NCBI GenBank assembly: GCA_029202985.1
Contig: CP119316.1
Span: 297,767-361,766 of the forward strand
Length of the DNA: 64,000 nucleotides
Reading direction: 5' to 3'
Source of the DNA: Candidatus Andeanibacterium colombiense
Lineage (GTDB): Bacteria; Pseudomonadota; Alphaproteobacteria; Sphingomonadales; Sphingomonadaceae
Part shown: positions 26,368-36,157 of the stretch, in pieces
Position numbering within the stretch: position 1 is the first letter of the stretch
How the letters are laid out: each line of letters begins with the position of its first letter
Notes under the pieces: model-generated
The model's input: the letters and a program-made list of their open reading frames with translations, nothing else
Told to the model about the DNA's origin: nothing
Database searches by the model: none
Made by a program: the position numbers and the translations under genes

Positions 26368-27783
26368 ATGAGTAGACGCGCTTTGCTGGTCGAGGATGAC
26401 ACCCCGATCGCTCGGGTGATCACCGCCGCGCTGGAAGACGATGGTTTCACCGTCGACAGCTGCGATTCCGTCGCCGGCCGCGGCCGCCTGCTCGCCGGCA
26501 AAAGCTACGACGTGCTGCTGACCGATATCATGCTGACTGACGGCGACGGGCTCGAAACCCTGCCCGATGCACTCGCCGCGCATCCCGACCTGCCGGTAAT
26601 CATCCTCTCGGCGCAGAACACCCTCGATACCGCGGTCCGCGCGAGCGACACCGGCGCTTTCGAATATTTCCCCAAACCGTTCGACCTCGACGAACTCGTA
26701 CGCGCCGCGCGCCAGGCGGCCGACAGCCGGGCGAGCGGCCAGGAGGAGGACGGGGCACCGGCAGGGCAGGGCCTGCCGCTGGTCGGGCGCAGCCAGGCGA
26801 TGCAGGGCGTCTATCGGATGATCACCCGCGTGCTGCGCAACGATCTCACCGTGCTGGTGCTGGGCGAGAGCGGCACCGGCAAAGAACTGGTCGCCGAGGC
26901 GATCCACCAGCTCGGCCATCGCTCAAAGGGTCCGTTCGTCGCGGTCAATACCGCGGCGATTCCGCGCGAGTTGATCGAGAGCGAATTGTTCGGGCATGAA
27001 AAGGGCTCGTTCACGGGCGCGGTCGCGCGCAATATCGGCAAGTTCGAGCAGGCGAGCGGAGGGACGCTGTTCCTCGACGAGATCGGCGACATGCCGGCCG
27101 AAGCGCAGACGCGCCTCCTGCGTGCGCTGCAGTCCGGCCGCATTCGCCGGGTCGGCGGGCGTGAGGAAATCGTGATCGACGTGCGGATCATTGCCGCGAC
27201 CAATCGCGATCTCGCCCCGATGATCGATGCGGGGCAATTCCGCGAAGACCTGTTCTATCGCCTCAACGTGGTGCCGATCCAGCTTCCGCCACTGCGCGAA
27301 CGGGCCAGCGACATCGAAGCTCTGGCCCGCCATTTCCTGGGCCAGGCGGCCGAGGAAGGACTGCCCCGGCGCCAGCTGACAAGCGAGGCGGGTGAGTTGC
27401 TGATGCGCCAGCCGTGGCGCGGCAATGTCCGCGAACTCAAGAATCTGATCTACCGCCTCGCGCTGATGTCGCGCGAAGATACGATCGACGCCGCCAGCGT
27501 CCAGGCGCAGCTCGAAGAGCGGCCCGCGTTCGCGGCACCGGCGGAAGGCGCCGATTTCGGCGCGGCACTCCGCAACTGGCTGGCGGACACGATCCCGGCC
27601 GAAGGAGCGCTTTACGACAAGGCGCTCGCCGCCTTCGAAAAGCCGCTGTTCGAACATGCTTTGGTCGAAACCGGCGGCAACCAGCTGCGCGCGGCGCAAT
27701 TGCTCGGAATTAACCGCAACACCTTGCGCAAACGGCTCGACGATCTGGCGATCGATCCGGAACGCTTCACCCGCAGAACCTGA
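26368..27783 (+). CDS. ntrC: Nitrogen regulation response regulator NtrC (sigma-54-dependent)
   Basis: 471 aa. Receiver domain (LLVEDD..LLTDIML), AAA+ domain (GESGTGKE..GAFTGA-like..LFLDEIGDM) and C-terminal Fis-type HTH. Confidence 0.92.
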   Translation: MSRRALLVEDDTPIARVITAALEDDGFTVDSCDSVAGRGRLLAGKSYDVLLTDIMLTDGDGLETLPDALAAHPDLPVIILSAQNTLDTAVRASDTGAFEYFPKPFDLDELVRAARQAADSRASGQEEDGAPAGQGLPLVGRSQAMQGVYRMITRVLRNDLTVLVLGESGTGKELVAEAIHQLGHRSKGPFVAVNTAAIPRELIESELFGHEKGSFTGAVARNIGKFEQASGGTLFLDEIGDMPAEAQTRLLRALQSGRIRRVGGREEIVIDVRIIAATNRDLAPMIDAGQFREDLFYRLNVVPIQLPPLRERASDIEALARHFLGQAAEEGLPRRQLTSEAGELLMRQPWRGNVRELKNLIYRLALMSREDTIDAASVQAQLEERPAFAAPAEGADFGAALRNWLADTIPAEGALYDKALAAFEKPLFEHALVETGGNQLRAAQLLGINRNTLRKRLDDLAIDPERFTRRT

Positions 27784-27866
27784 CGGCCATCGGCTCGGCG
27801 CGCTTCGAGACAGTTTGCCGAAAACAGCTTGCATATTTGCAACAGTGCCGTTGTAACCAGGCAACG

Positions 27867-30074
27867 ATGGCTGACATTACCCCCGTGACCGTCCGCCGCA
27901 GCGGACCGCGCTGGCCGCGCTGGTCGCGCCGCGCGCTGGTCGGGGCCCGCCGGGCAAATGTGTTCGGGCTGCTCGAGGTCGTATCGACGGTAATCCTCGC
28001 GTTGATGCTGGGGTGGAGCTGGATCAGGTTGTCCAGCCAGTCGAACGTGGAGGTCATTCCTTCAGGCGAAGCGGCCGCGCTGCTGATCGGCACATTGATC
28101 CCGGCGATGACGTTGCTGGTGCTGGCAGGCCGCCGCATCGCGATCCGCCGCGCCGGAGGCAAGACCGCGCGGCTGCACGTCCGCCTGGTGTTCTTCTTTT
28201 CGCTGGTCGCCGCGATCCCGACGCTGCTCGTCGCGATCTTCGCCGCCTTTCTGTTCCAATCGAGCAATGAATTCTGGTTTTCGGACAAATCGCGCGGAAT
28301 TCTCGAAAACGCGAACGAACTGGCGCGCGGCTATTACGACCAGAACCAGCGCGCGGTCGCGAACAACACCATCCTGATGGCCGGCGACATTCGCTCTTAC
28401 CTGACCCAGAACTCGATCACCGATCCCGGCTTTGCCGATCAATATTACTACCAGGCCGCCCAGCGCGAGCTGAGCCGCAGCGCGATCGTCCAGCGCAGTC
28501 CGAACGGGTCGCTGCAGATTGCGGCGATCGTGGATCCCGCCGAGGGCGACTTGGTGAAGCATGCTGTCGCGGCAGCGATTCCGCGCCTGGAAGAGGGCGA
28601 GCAGGTGGTGGTGAGCACCGCCGAGGAGCGGATCGAGGCTGTCACCCCGATCGACCGGGCCTCTGGAATCTATCTCTATAACGCCCGCAATTCGGACATG
28701 CCCGCGCTGAGCCAGTGGAAGCGCGCGCGCGGCGTCGTCGCGGGTTTCCAGGATCTCAACCAGCGCGCCCGTTCGTTCCAGCTGCGCTTCAACCTGCTGC
28801 TGTTCTTCGTCTCGCTCGGCCTGGTCGGCACCGCGATCTGGTTCGCGCTGCGCTTTGCCGACCGGCAGGTGAGGCCGCTGACGGATCTGGTTGGCGCGGC
28901 GCGGGAAGTGGGGCAGGGCAATTACGCGCTGCGGATCGAAGGGCGCACCGGGGCGGACGAGATCGGGCTGCTCAATCGCGCGTTCAACCGTATGACCGCC
29001 CAAATCGAGCGCCAGACCACTGCGCTGGATCACCGCCGCGCGTTTATCGAGGCCGTGCTCGAATCGATCACCGCGGGGATCGTCTCGCTGGACGAGAACG
29101 GCAACGTGCTGCTGATGAACAGTTCGGCGCAAAAGCTGCTGCTTGATCGGGTCGGGCCGGCGCCGGTGGGCCTGAAGTTGGCCGATATCGCCCCCGAAAT
29201 CGCCGCGATGATGGACGCGCACCTTTCGAACGGCCTGGCCCAGTACAACAAGGACGGCGAACTGCTTACCCTGGCGGTCAAGCTTTCGCCGGCTACCGAT
29301 GGCTGCGTGATCACCTTCGAGGACATCACCCGGCAATTGCTCGACCAGCGCCAGGCCGCGTGGTCCGATGTTGCGCGGCGGATCGCGCATGAGATCAAGA
29401 ACCCGCTCACCCCGATCCAGCTCGCGACCGAGCGGCTTAGCCGCCGTTACAAGCGCCAGATCGAGACCGATGTGGAACTGTTCGACGAATTGACCAGTAC
29501 GATCATCCGCCAGGTCGGCGATCTGCGGAAGATGGTCGACGAGTTTTCTTCCTTCGCGCGCCTGCCCAAGCCGGTATTCCGGCAGGAGGATCCGGTCGAT
29601 CTGGTGCGCCAGGCGCTGTTCCTGCAGGAGGTCGGCCATCCCGCGATCAGCTATGGCTTCGTGGCCGGGGAGGGGGAATCGCACACCATCGCTTGCGATC
29701 GCCATCAGTTCGGCCAGGCGATGACCAATGTGCTCAAGAATGCGGCCGAGGCGATCGATGCCAAGGCGCATGGGGCCGAACCCGATTATCGCGGGAGAAT
29801 TGCGGTCGGCACCGCTTTCGATGAGGAGACCTTCACGGTCACGGTCGAGGACAACGGCATCGGCCTCCCGCAGGACCGCGAGCGGATCGTCGAGCCCTAT
29901 GTGACCACGCGCGAGAAAGGCACCGGCCTCGGCCTCGCGATCGTGAACAAGATCATCGAGGAGCACGGCGGGGAGATGACTTTTACGCCGGCCGAGAGCG
30001 GCGGCACCCGTGTGACGCTGCGCTTCGCCCGCGATCCATTGATGCTGCGTGCCGGCAGCGAGGCCGCCGAATGA
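27867..30074 (+). CDS. ntrY: Sensor histidine kinase NtrY
   Basis: ORF 27837..30074. N-terminal TM helices, HAMP, PAS, H-box [15 protein letters not shown] and ATPase domain. Confidence 0.9.
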   Translation: MADITPVTVRRSGPRWPRWSRRALVGARRANVFGLLEVVSTVILALMLGWSWIRLSSQSNVEVIPSGEAAALLIGTLIPAMTLLVLAGRRIAIRRAGGKTARLHVRLVFFFSLVAAIPTLLVAIFAAFLFQSSNEFWFSDKSRGILENANELARGYYDQNQRAVANNTILMAGDIRSYLTQNSITDPGFADQYYYQAAQRELSRSAIVQRSPNGSLQIAAIVDPAEGDLVKHAVAAAIPRLEEGEQVVVSTAEERIEAVTPIDRASGIYLYNARNSDMPALSQWKRARGVVAGFQDLNQRARSFQLRFNLLLFFVSLGLVGTAIWFALRFADRQVRPLTDLVGAAREVGQGNYALRIEGRTGADEIGLLNRAFNRMTAQIERQTTALDHRRAFIEAVLESITAGIVSLDENGNVLLMNSSAQKLLLDRVGPAPVGLKLADIAPEIAAMMDAHLSNGLAQYNKDGELLTLAVKLSPATDGCVITFEDITRQLLDQRQAAWSDVARRIAHEIKNPLTPIQLATERLSRRYKRQIETDVELFDELTSTIIRQVGDLRKMVDEFSSFARLPKPVFRQEDPVDLVRQALFLQEVGHPAISYGFVAGEGESHTIACDRHQFGQAMTNVLKNAAEAIDAKAHGAEPDYRGRIAVGTAFDEETFTVTVEDNGIGLPQDRERIVEPYVTTREKGTGLGLAIVNKIIEEHGGEMTFTPAESGGTRVTLRFARDPLMLRAGSEAAE

Positions 30075-30102
30075 CCCTGAGTTCGAGAATGGAGTACTTC
30101 TG

Positions 30103-31488
30103 ATGGCGCTGGATATCCTTGTGGTGGACGATGAGCGCGACATTCGCGAACTCGTCGCCGGCGTCCTCAGCGACGAAGGCTATGAATGCCGCACTGCCGC
30201 CGACAGCACCTCCGCGCTCGCGGCGATCGACGAACGGCGCCCGAGCCTCGTTCTGCTCGATGTATGGCTTCACGGCAGTCCGATGGACGGGCTCGAAGTG
30301 CTCGACGCGATCAAGCAGCGCGAGCCCGAGCTGCCGGTGATCATCTTCTCCGGCCACGGCAATATCGACACGGCGGTCTCGGCGGTCAGCCGGGGGGCGA
30401 TGGATTTCATCGAGAAGCCGTTCGAATCCGGGCGGCTGCTGCACCTCGTCCATCGCGCGACCGAGACCGAGCGCCTGCGCCGCGAGAACGCCAGGCTGCG
30501 CCAGGGACTGATCTCCAACGACGAATTCACCGGGAACTCGAGTTCGATCAACCAGGTCCGCGCGACGCTCAAGCGCGTGGCGAACACCGGCAGCCGGGTG
30601 CTGATCGCCGGGCCCGCGGGCGCCGGCAAGGAGGTCGCCGCACGGCTGCTCCATTCGTGGAGCCCGCGCGCCGACAAGGCCTTCGTGACGGTCAATTCGG
30701 CGCGGATTACACCCGAACGGTTCGAGCAGGAGCTGTTCGGCGAAGAGGCCGAAGGCAAGCTGCTGCGGGCCGGGCTGCTGGAGCTGGCCGACGGCGGGAC
30801 GCTTTATCTCGATGAAGTGGCCGACATGCCCGAGAGCACCCAGGCGCGCATCCTGCGGGTGCTGACCGAGCAGAGCTTCGTGCGCGTCGGTGGCAGCCGC
30901 CAGATCGCGGTGGATGTGCGAGTGGTCTCGTCCTCCTCGCGCGATCTCGAGAAGGAGATCGCCGAGAAGCGGTTTCGCGAGGATCTGTTCTACCGGCTCA
31001 ACGTGGTGCCGGTGGCGATCCCGTCGCTGGCCGAACGGCGCGAGGACGTGCCGACCCTCGCCGACCATTTCTTCACCCGCTTTTCGGCCGAGCAGGGCAT
31101 CAAGCCGCCGGCCGTGACGCCCGAGGCGATGGCCGCGCTGCAGGCATACGACTGGCCGGGCAACGTCCGCCAATTGCGCAATGTGATCGAGCGCACGGTG
31201 ATCCTCACTCCGCGCGATCGCATGGCACGGATCGAACCCGATATGCTTCCGCCCGAGATTTCGGGCGGCAAGGCGAGCGGGGGGCCGGGGATGCCTTCAT
31301 TGATGGGGGTGCCGCTGCGCGAGGCGCGGGAGAATTTCGAGCGCGAATATCTCCGCATCCAGATCCGCCGCTTCTCCGGGAACATCTCCAAGACCGCCGG
31401 GTTCATCGGGATGGAGCGGTCCGCGCTCCACCGCAAGCTCAAGCTCCTCGGCATGGGCGAGCGCGAGGGCGAAGATCCGGCGGGATAG
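30103..31488 (+). CDS. ntrX: Response regulator NtrX (sigma-54 activator family)
   Basis: ORF 30049..31488, with ATG at 30103 (MALDILVVDDE). Receiver, AAA+ and HTH domains. Confidence 0.9.
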   Translation: MALDILVVDDERDIRELVAGVLSDEGYECRTAADSTSALAAIDERRPSLVLLDVWLHGSPMDGLEVLDAIKQREPELPVIIFSGHGNIDTAVSAVSRGAMDFIEKPFESGRLLHLVHRATETERLRRENARLRQGLISNDEFTGNSSSINQVRATLKRVANTGSRVLIAGPAGAGKEVAARLLHSWSPRADKAFVTVNSARITPERFEQELFGEEAEGKLLRAGLLELADGGTLYLDEVADMPESTQARILRVLTEQSFVRVGGSRQIAVDVRVVSSSSRDLEKEIAEKRFREDLFYRLNVVPVAIPSLAERREDVPTLADHFFTRFSAEQGIKPPAVTPEAMAALQAYDWPGNVRQLRNVIERTVILTPRDRMARIEPDMLPPEISGGKASGGPGMPSLMGVPLREARENFEREYLRIQIRRFSGNISKTAGFIGMERSALHRKLKLLGMGEREGEDPAG

Positions 31489-31664
31489 GGCAGGGAACGA
31501 GAACTTTGTTCGCAGGTGCACAAAAATTCTTGCCGCTGCCGACAAACTCGCATTACACTGAGCGAGCTCTCCGGTTGTCACACTCAAGTCAGCAAATGCG
31601 GGCAAGGGCAGGCGACCAGAATGCGGAACCGCAATCGCGGCTGCCAACAACAGGAGTCAGTTGA

Positions 31665-32279
31665 ATGACCGGTAAGACGCTTACGGCGCGGCCCAAGCCC
31701 GCTCCCGATCCCGACCTCACGCCCGCCAAGGCTCCCACGAAAGCACCCGCCGCGGCGAAAGCTCCGGGTGCTGCGAAAACGGCGGCGGCCCCGAAGGGCA
31801 ACGCGAACCAGAGCCTGCAGGACGCGTTCCTGAACCTGCTGCGGAAGAACAAGACCCCGGTGACGATGTTTCTCGTCAAAGGCGTCAAGTTGCAAGGCAT
31901 CGTGACCTGGTTCGACAATTTCTCGATCCTGCTGCGTCGCGACGGGCAATCGCAGCTGGTCTACAAGCACGCGATCTCGACCATCATGCCTAGCGCTCCG
32001 GTCGATGCCGGACAATTCGCCGCCGATGCCGCGAAGAAGCAGCGCCTGTTGCAGGACGTGTTCCTCGGCAGCGTGCGCGATGCCGGCGTCAGCGTGACGA
32101 TGTTCCTGGTCAACGGCGTGATGCTACAGGGGCGGATCGCCGCCTATGATTTGTTCTGCATGCTGCTTGAGCGCGAAGGTTTCGTTCAGCTCGCCTACAA
32201 GCATGCGGTCTCGACGATACAACCTGCTGCGCCGGTGGATCTCACCGGCGACTGGGATGGTGAGAGCGAGGAAGACTGA
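31665..32279 (+). CDS. hfq: RNA chaperone Hfq, fused tandem two-domain form with N-terminal Pro/Ala/Lys-rich extension
   Basis: 204 aa, with AGGAG 7 nt upstream. Two Sm cores: [42 protein letters not shown] and [42 protein letters not shown]. Confidence 0.92.
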   Translation: MTGKTLTARPKPAPDPDLTPAKAPTKAPAAAKAPGAAKTAAAPKGNANQSLQDAFLNLLRKNKTPVTMFLVKGVKLQGIVTWFDNFSILLRRDGQSQLVYKHAISTIMPSAPVDAGQFAADAAKKQRLLQDVFLGSVRDAGVSVTMFLVNGVMLQGRIAAYDLFCMLLEREGFVQLAYKHAVSTIQPAAPVDLTGDWDGESEED

Positions 32280-32305
32280 GCTTTACCGATGATCTTGCCG
32301 GCGAG

Positions 32306-33604
32306 GTGACGCGCGGAGCGCGTGCCGTCGTTGTGTGCCCCGATATCAGGGGGCCCAAACATTCGGCGCGCAAGGCCGAGGATCCCGAAGCGCGGCTGGA
32401 CGAGGCGAAAGGCCTCGCTCTCGCGATCGGGATCGTCGTTGCCGAAGCCTTTGTCGTGCCGATTCGCGACGTGCGCGCGGCGACCTTGTTCGGCGAAGGC
32501 CAGATCGAGCGGATCGATCTCGCCTGCGTCCAGGAACAGGCCGAGCTGGTGATCGTCGATGGCGCGCTGTCGGCGATCCAGCAGCGCAACCTCGAGGAAA
32601 AGCTCAAGCGCAAGGTGATTGACCGCACCGGGCTGATCCTCGAAATCTTCGGCGAGCGCGCGGCGACCGCCGAGGGGCGGCTGCAGGTCGAACTCGCCCA
32701 TCTCGATTACCAGCAGAGCCGCCTGGTACGTAGCTGGACCCACCTCGAACGCCAGCGCGGCGGCTTCGGCTTCCTCGGCGGCCCCGGCGAAACCCAGATC
32801 GAGGCCGACCGCCGGATGATCCGTGCCCGTATGGGCAAATTGCGCAAGGAACTGGAGCAGGTCCGCCGCACCCGGGCGCTTCACCGCGAGCGGCGCGGCA
32901 AGGCGCCGTGGCCGGTGGTCGCGCTGGTCGGCTATACCAATGCCGGCAAGTCGACCCTGTTCAACCGGGTGACCGGGGCTGACGTCATGGCGGAGGATCT
33001 GCTGTTCGCGACCCTGGATCCCACCATGCGCGCGATCCGGCTGCCGGGGGTTGAGAAGGCGATATTGTCGGACACGGTGGGCTTCATCTCCGATCTTCCG
33101 ACCCAACTCGTCGCGGCGTTTCGCGCGACGCTGGAGGAAGTCACCGCGGCGGACGTGATCGTGCATGTGCGCGACGTGGCGAACCCCGCCAATGCCGCCC
33201 AGAAGACGCAGGTGCTCGACATCCTCGCCGATCTCGATGTGCTGGAGGAGGGCGGGGAGAGCCGCATTCCGATCATCGAGGCGTGGAACAAGTGGGACAT
33301 GCTCGACGAGGATCGCCAGGCCGAGCTAGCCGAACAGGCCGCGGGCGACGGACGCATCGTACCGATCTCGGCGGTGACCGGTTTCGGGCTGGAAAAATTG
33401 TTCCAGACAGTCAGCAAGATACTGACAGAAAATGCAAAAATCTATGAGCTGGTGCTTCCCGCCAGCGATGGGCAGCGGCTTGCCTGGTTGCACGCGCATG
33501 GCGAAGTGGTCGAGGAACAGCAGGAGAACGGGGAAGGGGAGCCGCGTGTCAGACTGGCTGTGCGGCTGAGTGCGAAGGAATTCGGGCGGTACTCGACGCT
33601 TTAG
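32306..33604 (+). CDS. hflX: GTPase HflX
   Basis: 432 aa. RLQVELAHL..GGPGETQIE (HflX N-domain) and G-domain VALVGYTNAGKSTLFN..DTVGFI. Confidence 0.93.
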   Translation: MTRGARAVVVCPDIRGPKHSARKAEDPEARLDEAKGLALAIGIVVAEAFVVPIRDVRAATLFGEGQIERIDLACVQEQAELVIVDGALSAIQQRNLEEKLKRKVIDRTGLILEIFGERAATAEGRLQVELAHLDYQQSRLVRSWTHLERQRGGFGFLGGPGETQIEADRRMIRARMGKLRKELEQVRRTRALHRERRGKAPWPVVALVGYTNAGKSTLFNRVTGADVMAEDLLFATLDPTMRAIRLPGVEKAILSDTVGFISDLPTQLVAAFRATLEEVTAADVIVHVRDVANPANAAQKTQVLDILADLDVLEEGGESRIPIIEAWNKWDMLDEDRQAELAEQAAGDGRIVPISAVTGFGLEKLFQTVSKILTENAKIYELVLPASDGQRLAWLHAHGEVVEEQQENGEGEPRVRLAVRLSAKEFGRYSTL

Positions 33605-34344
33605 CGGTGTTCGGCGGCTTTGACCTGCTGCCAAAGCGCTTCCTGCTCATCGAGACTCAGTTCGGCGAACCGGCCGCGGGCAAGTTCCTCCATCCCACGA
33701 AACCGCCGTTCGAACTTGTCATTGGTGGCGCGCAGCGCATCCTCCGGCGCGATCCCGTAGGCGCGGACCAGATTCACCGCTGCGAAGAGTACGTCGCCAG
33801 CTTCTCCGAGGCGCTCCTCGTCCGAAGCCTCGTGCAATTCAGTCATTTCCTCCGCCAGCTTGGCTGTGGGTCCTTCGGTGTCGGGCCAGTCGAAACCCTG
33901 CCGTGCAGCGCGTTTCTGAAGCTTCTCGGCCCGGAGCAGCGCCGGCAGGGCCCGGGCAACGCCGTCCATCGCGCTGGTCGCGCCCGATTGCGCGCGCTCC
34001 CGCGCCTTGAGTTCCTCCCAGCCGGCCGATTGGCCGCTGCCGAAAATGTGCGGATGACGGGACTCCATCTTGTCGCAGATCGCCTGAGCGACCTGTTCGA
34101 AATCGAAATGTCCGGCTTCCTCGGCGATGCGCGCATGGAACACGACCTGCAACAGGAGATCGCCGAGTTCGCCGCGCAGATCCGCCATGTCCTTGCGCTC
34201 GATCGCATCGGCGACTTCGTAGGCCTCCTCGATCGTGTACGGCGCGATCGTCTCGAATGTCTGCGCGATATCCCAGTCGCAGCCGCGCTGCGGGTCGCGC
34301 AGGCGGGCCATGATGCGGAGGAGGCGGTTCAACTGCTCTGACAT
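33601..34344 (-). CDS. mazG: Nucleoside triphosphate pyrophosphohydrolase MazG
   Basis: 247 aa. CDWDIAQTFETIAPYTIEEAYEVADAI..ELGDLLLQVVFH, with two MazG repeats. Confidence 0.92.
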   Translation of the reverse strand: MSEQLNRLLRIMARLRDPQRGCDWDIAQTFETIAPYTIEEAYEVADAIERKDMADLRGELGDLLLQVVFHARIAEEAGHFDFEQVAQAICDKMESRHPHIFGSGQSAGWEELKARERAQSGATSAMDGVARALPALLRAEKLQKRAARQGFDWPDTEGPTAKLAEEMTELHEASDEERLGEAGDVLFAAVNLVRAYGIAPEDALRATNDKFERRFRGMEELARGRFAELSLDEQEALWQQVKAAEHR

Positions 34345-34392
34345 ATCCGGACTTCGCGTGGAATGATAATAAGTATTATGTTAAATCGTGGA

Positions 34393-34602
34393 TCAACTCA
34401 GGGAGAGCCCCACGGCTTCCCCCACGCTCGCCGAGCGCTGGATCAATGCGATCACCAATGCGAGACACACGAAGATCGCCAGCCACGCCAATGCCATCGT
34501 CACGGTCTTCTTCCAGTGCAGCCGGTACGAGGAATAGCCGGCAAGCGCGAGGACGAGCCAACCGACCAGCGCCATCAGCAGCGCCGTGTCGGACCGGAAC
34601 AT
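34393..34602 (-). CDS. Small hydrophobic membrane protein (hypothetical)
   Basis: ORF 34393..34605 (GTG-ATG start). About 69 aa with two predicted TM helices. Its start overlaps the stop of the upstream MBL-fold gene. Confidence 0.45.
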   Translation of the reverse strand: MFRSDTALLMALVGWLVLALAGYSSYRLHWKKTVTMALAWLAIFVCLALVIALIQRSASVGEAVGLSLS

Positions 34603-35366
34603 CACGCGACGAGCTCCAGCCCGTCATAGCCGACCAGCACGCCCGGCGGCACTTCGGTCTGCAGCGTCAGGTAATCGAGGCTCTTGTCGAGATGAGTCAG
34701 CACCGTCTTGCTGGCACGGCAGCGCTCGGCCAGCTCCAGCGCCATGCCGAGATGCGCATGGGTCGGATGCGGTTCGCGGCGCAGGCAGTCGCACACCAGT
34801 ATGTCGATCCCGTCGAACAGTTCGACCAGCTCGTCGGTGATCGCGCTGAAGTCGGTCGCATAGCCGATCGACTTGCCATCCGCGTCGAAGCGATAGGCGG
34901 TGCTTTCGGTATGGCCGTGCGGCATCTGGCACCAGCCGAGGCCGAAGCCGGAATGGATTCGGCGGGTGAGCACTTCGATCTCGACGATCGTCGGATAGCC
35001 ATGCTGTCCGGCGAATACATAATCGAAGCGTCGCCGCAGCCGGTGAACGGTTTCCTGCGAAGCGAACCCGGGCAGCGCGGCATTGCGGCCATAGCGCATA
35101 ACCCGCAGGTCATCGATGCCGTGGCAGTGATCCGCATGGTCGTGGGTCCAGAACACGCCGTCGACCCGGTCGATATTGTTGGCCAGCAATTGCTGCCTGA
35201 GATCGGTCGAGGTATCGACCAGCAACCGGCAGCCTTCGTCGCTCTGGACCACGATCGACACGCGCGTACGCCGGTTCTTCGGCTCGAGCGGATCGCAATC
35301 GCCCCAGTCGTTGCCGATCCGCGGTACGCCGGTGGACGTTCCGGAGCCAAGCACGATCAGTTTCAT
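34602..35366 (-). CDS. MBL-fold metallo-hydrolase
   Basis: 254 aa. WTHDHADHCHG (HxHxDH motif). Confidence 0.85.
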   Translation of the reverse strand: MKLIVLGSGTSTGVPRIGNDWGDCDPLEPKNRRTRVSIVVQSDEGCRLLVDTSTDLRQQLLANNIDRVDGVFWTHDHADHCHGIDDLRVMRYGRNAALPGFASQETVHRLRRRFDYVFAGQHGYPTIVEIEVLTRRIHSGFGLGWCQMPHGHTESTAYRFDADGKSIGYATDFSAITDELVELFDGIDILVCDCLRREPHPTHAHLGMALELAERCRASKTVLTHLDKSLDYLTLQTEVPPGVLVGYDGLELVA

Positions 35367-36157
35367 GCAGCTCCCTCTCCAGAGATAGCCGCCTTCTGGA
35401 ACAAAGCGTGAAAATTGCGCGTGGTATTCTCGCCCAGTTGTTCAATGCTTTCGCCGCGCAGGCCAGCCACGAAGGCCGCGGTATCGGCGACGAACGCCGG
35501 CTCGCACTTGCGCCCGCGGTGCGGCACAGGCGCAAGGAACGGGCTGTCGGTTTCGACCAGCATCCGCTCCGCCGGCAGCCCGGCTGCGACCTCCTGCAGA
35601 TCCTTCGCGTTTTTGAACGTGACGATCCCCGAGATCGAGATCGTCAGCCCGAGATCGAGCACGGTGCGCCCGAATTCCGCCGAAGCGGTGAAGCAGTGGA
35701 TCAGCGCGGGGAACGCGCCCTTCCCCATTTCCTCGGCCAGGATTGCGGCGGTGTCTTCTTCCGCATCGCGGGTGTGGATGATGATCGGCAGGCCGGTTTC
35801 GCGCGCGACGCCGATGTGCATGCGGAACAGCGACTGCTGCACTTCGCGGTCCGACTTGTCGTAATAATAGTCGAGTCCGGTCTCCCCGATCCCGATCACC
35901 TTCGGATGCTCGGCCGCCTTCAGCAGCACCGCCGCGCCGAGGTCGGCATGGGCGTCCGCCTCGTGCGGATGAATGCCAACGCTCGCCCATACGTCGCTTT
36001 CGCGGGCGGCGGTCCCGATGACCCGCTCCCATTCACTCTGGCGGGTCGAGATGTTGAGGAAGCCCCGCACCCCGGCCGCACGGGCGCGTGCGAGCACGCC
36101 CTGCTGGTCTTCGACCAGGCCTTCGTATTCGAGGTGGCAGTGGCTATCGATCAGCAT
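35363..36157 (-). CDS. tatD: TatD family hydrolase (metal-dependent DNase)
   Basis: ORF 35363..36361, with ATG at 36157 (MLIDSHCHLEY). GIGETGLDYYY..IIHTRDA motifs. One-nt overlap with the metG stop. Confidence 0.88.
   Translation of the reverse strand: MLIDSHCHLEYEGLVEDQQGVLARARAAGVRGFLNISTRQSEWERVIGTAARESDVWASVGIHPHEADAHADLGAAVLLKAAEHPKVIGIGETGLDYYYDKSDREVQQSLFRMHIGVARETGLPIIIHTRDAEEDTAAILAEEMGKGAFPALIHCFTASAEFGRTVLDLGLTISISGIVTFKNAKDLQEVAAGLPAERMLVETDSPFLAPVPHRGRKCEPAFVADTAAFVAGLRGESIEQLGENTTRNFHALFQKAAISGEGAA

Noticed and set aside
31515-31534. Sigma-54-like GG..TTGC element (GGTGCACAAAAATTCTTGCC) upstream of hfq, next to four ntr genes.
   Set aside because: The distance between the GG and GC dinucleotides is about 5 nt longer than the fixed -24/-12 spacing, so it does not fit the consensus.
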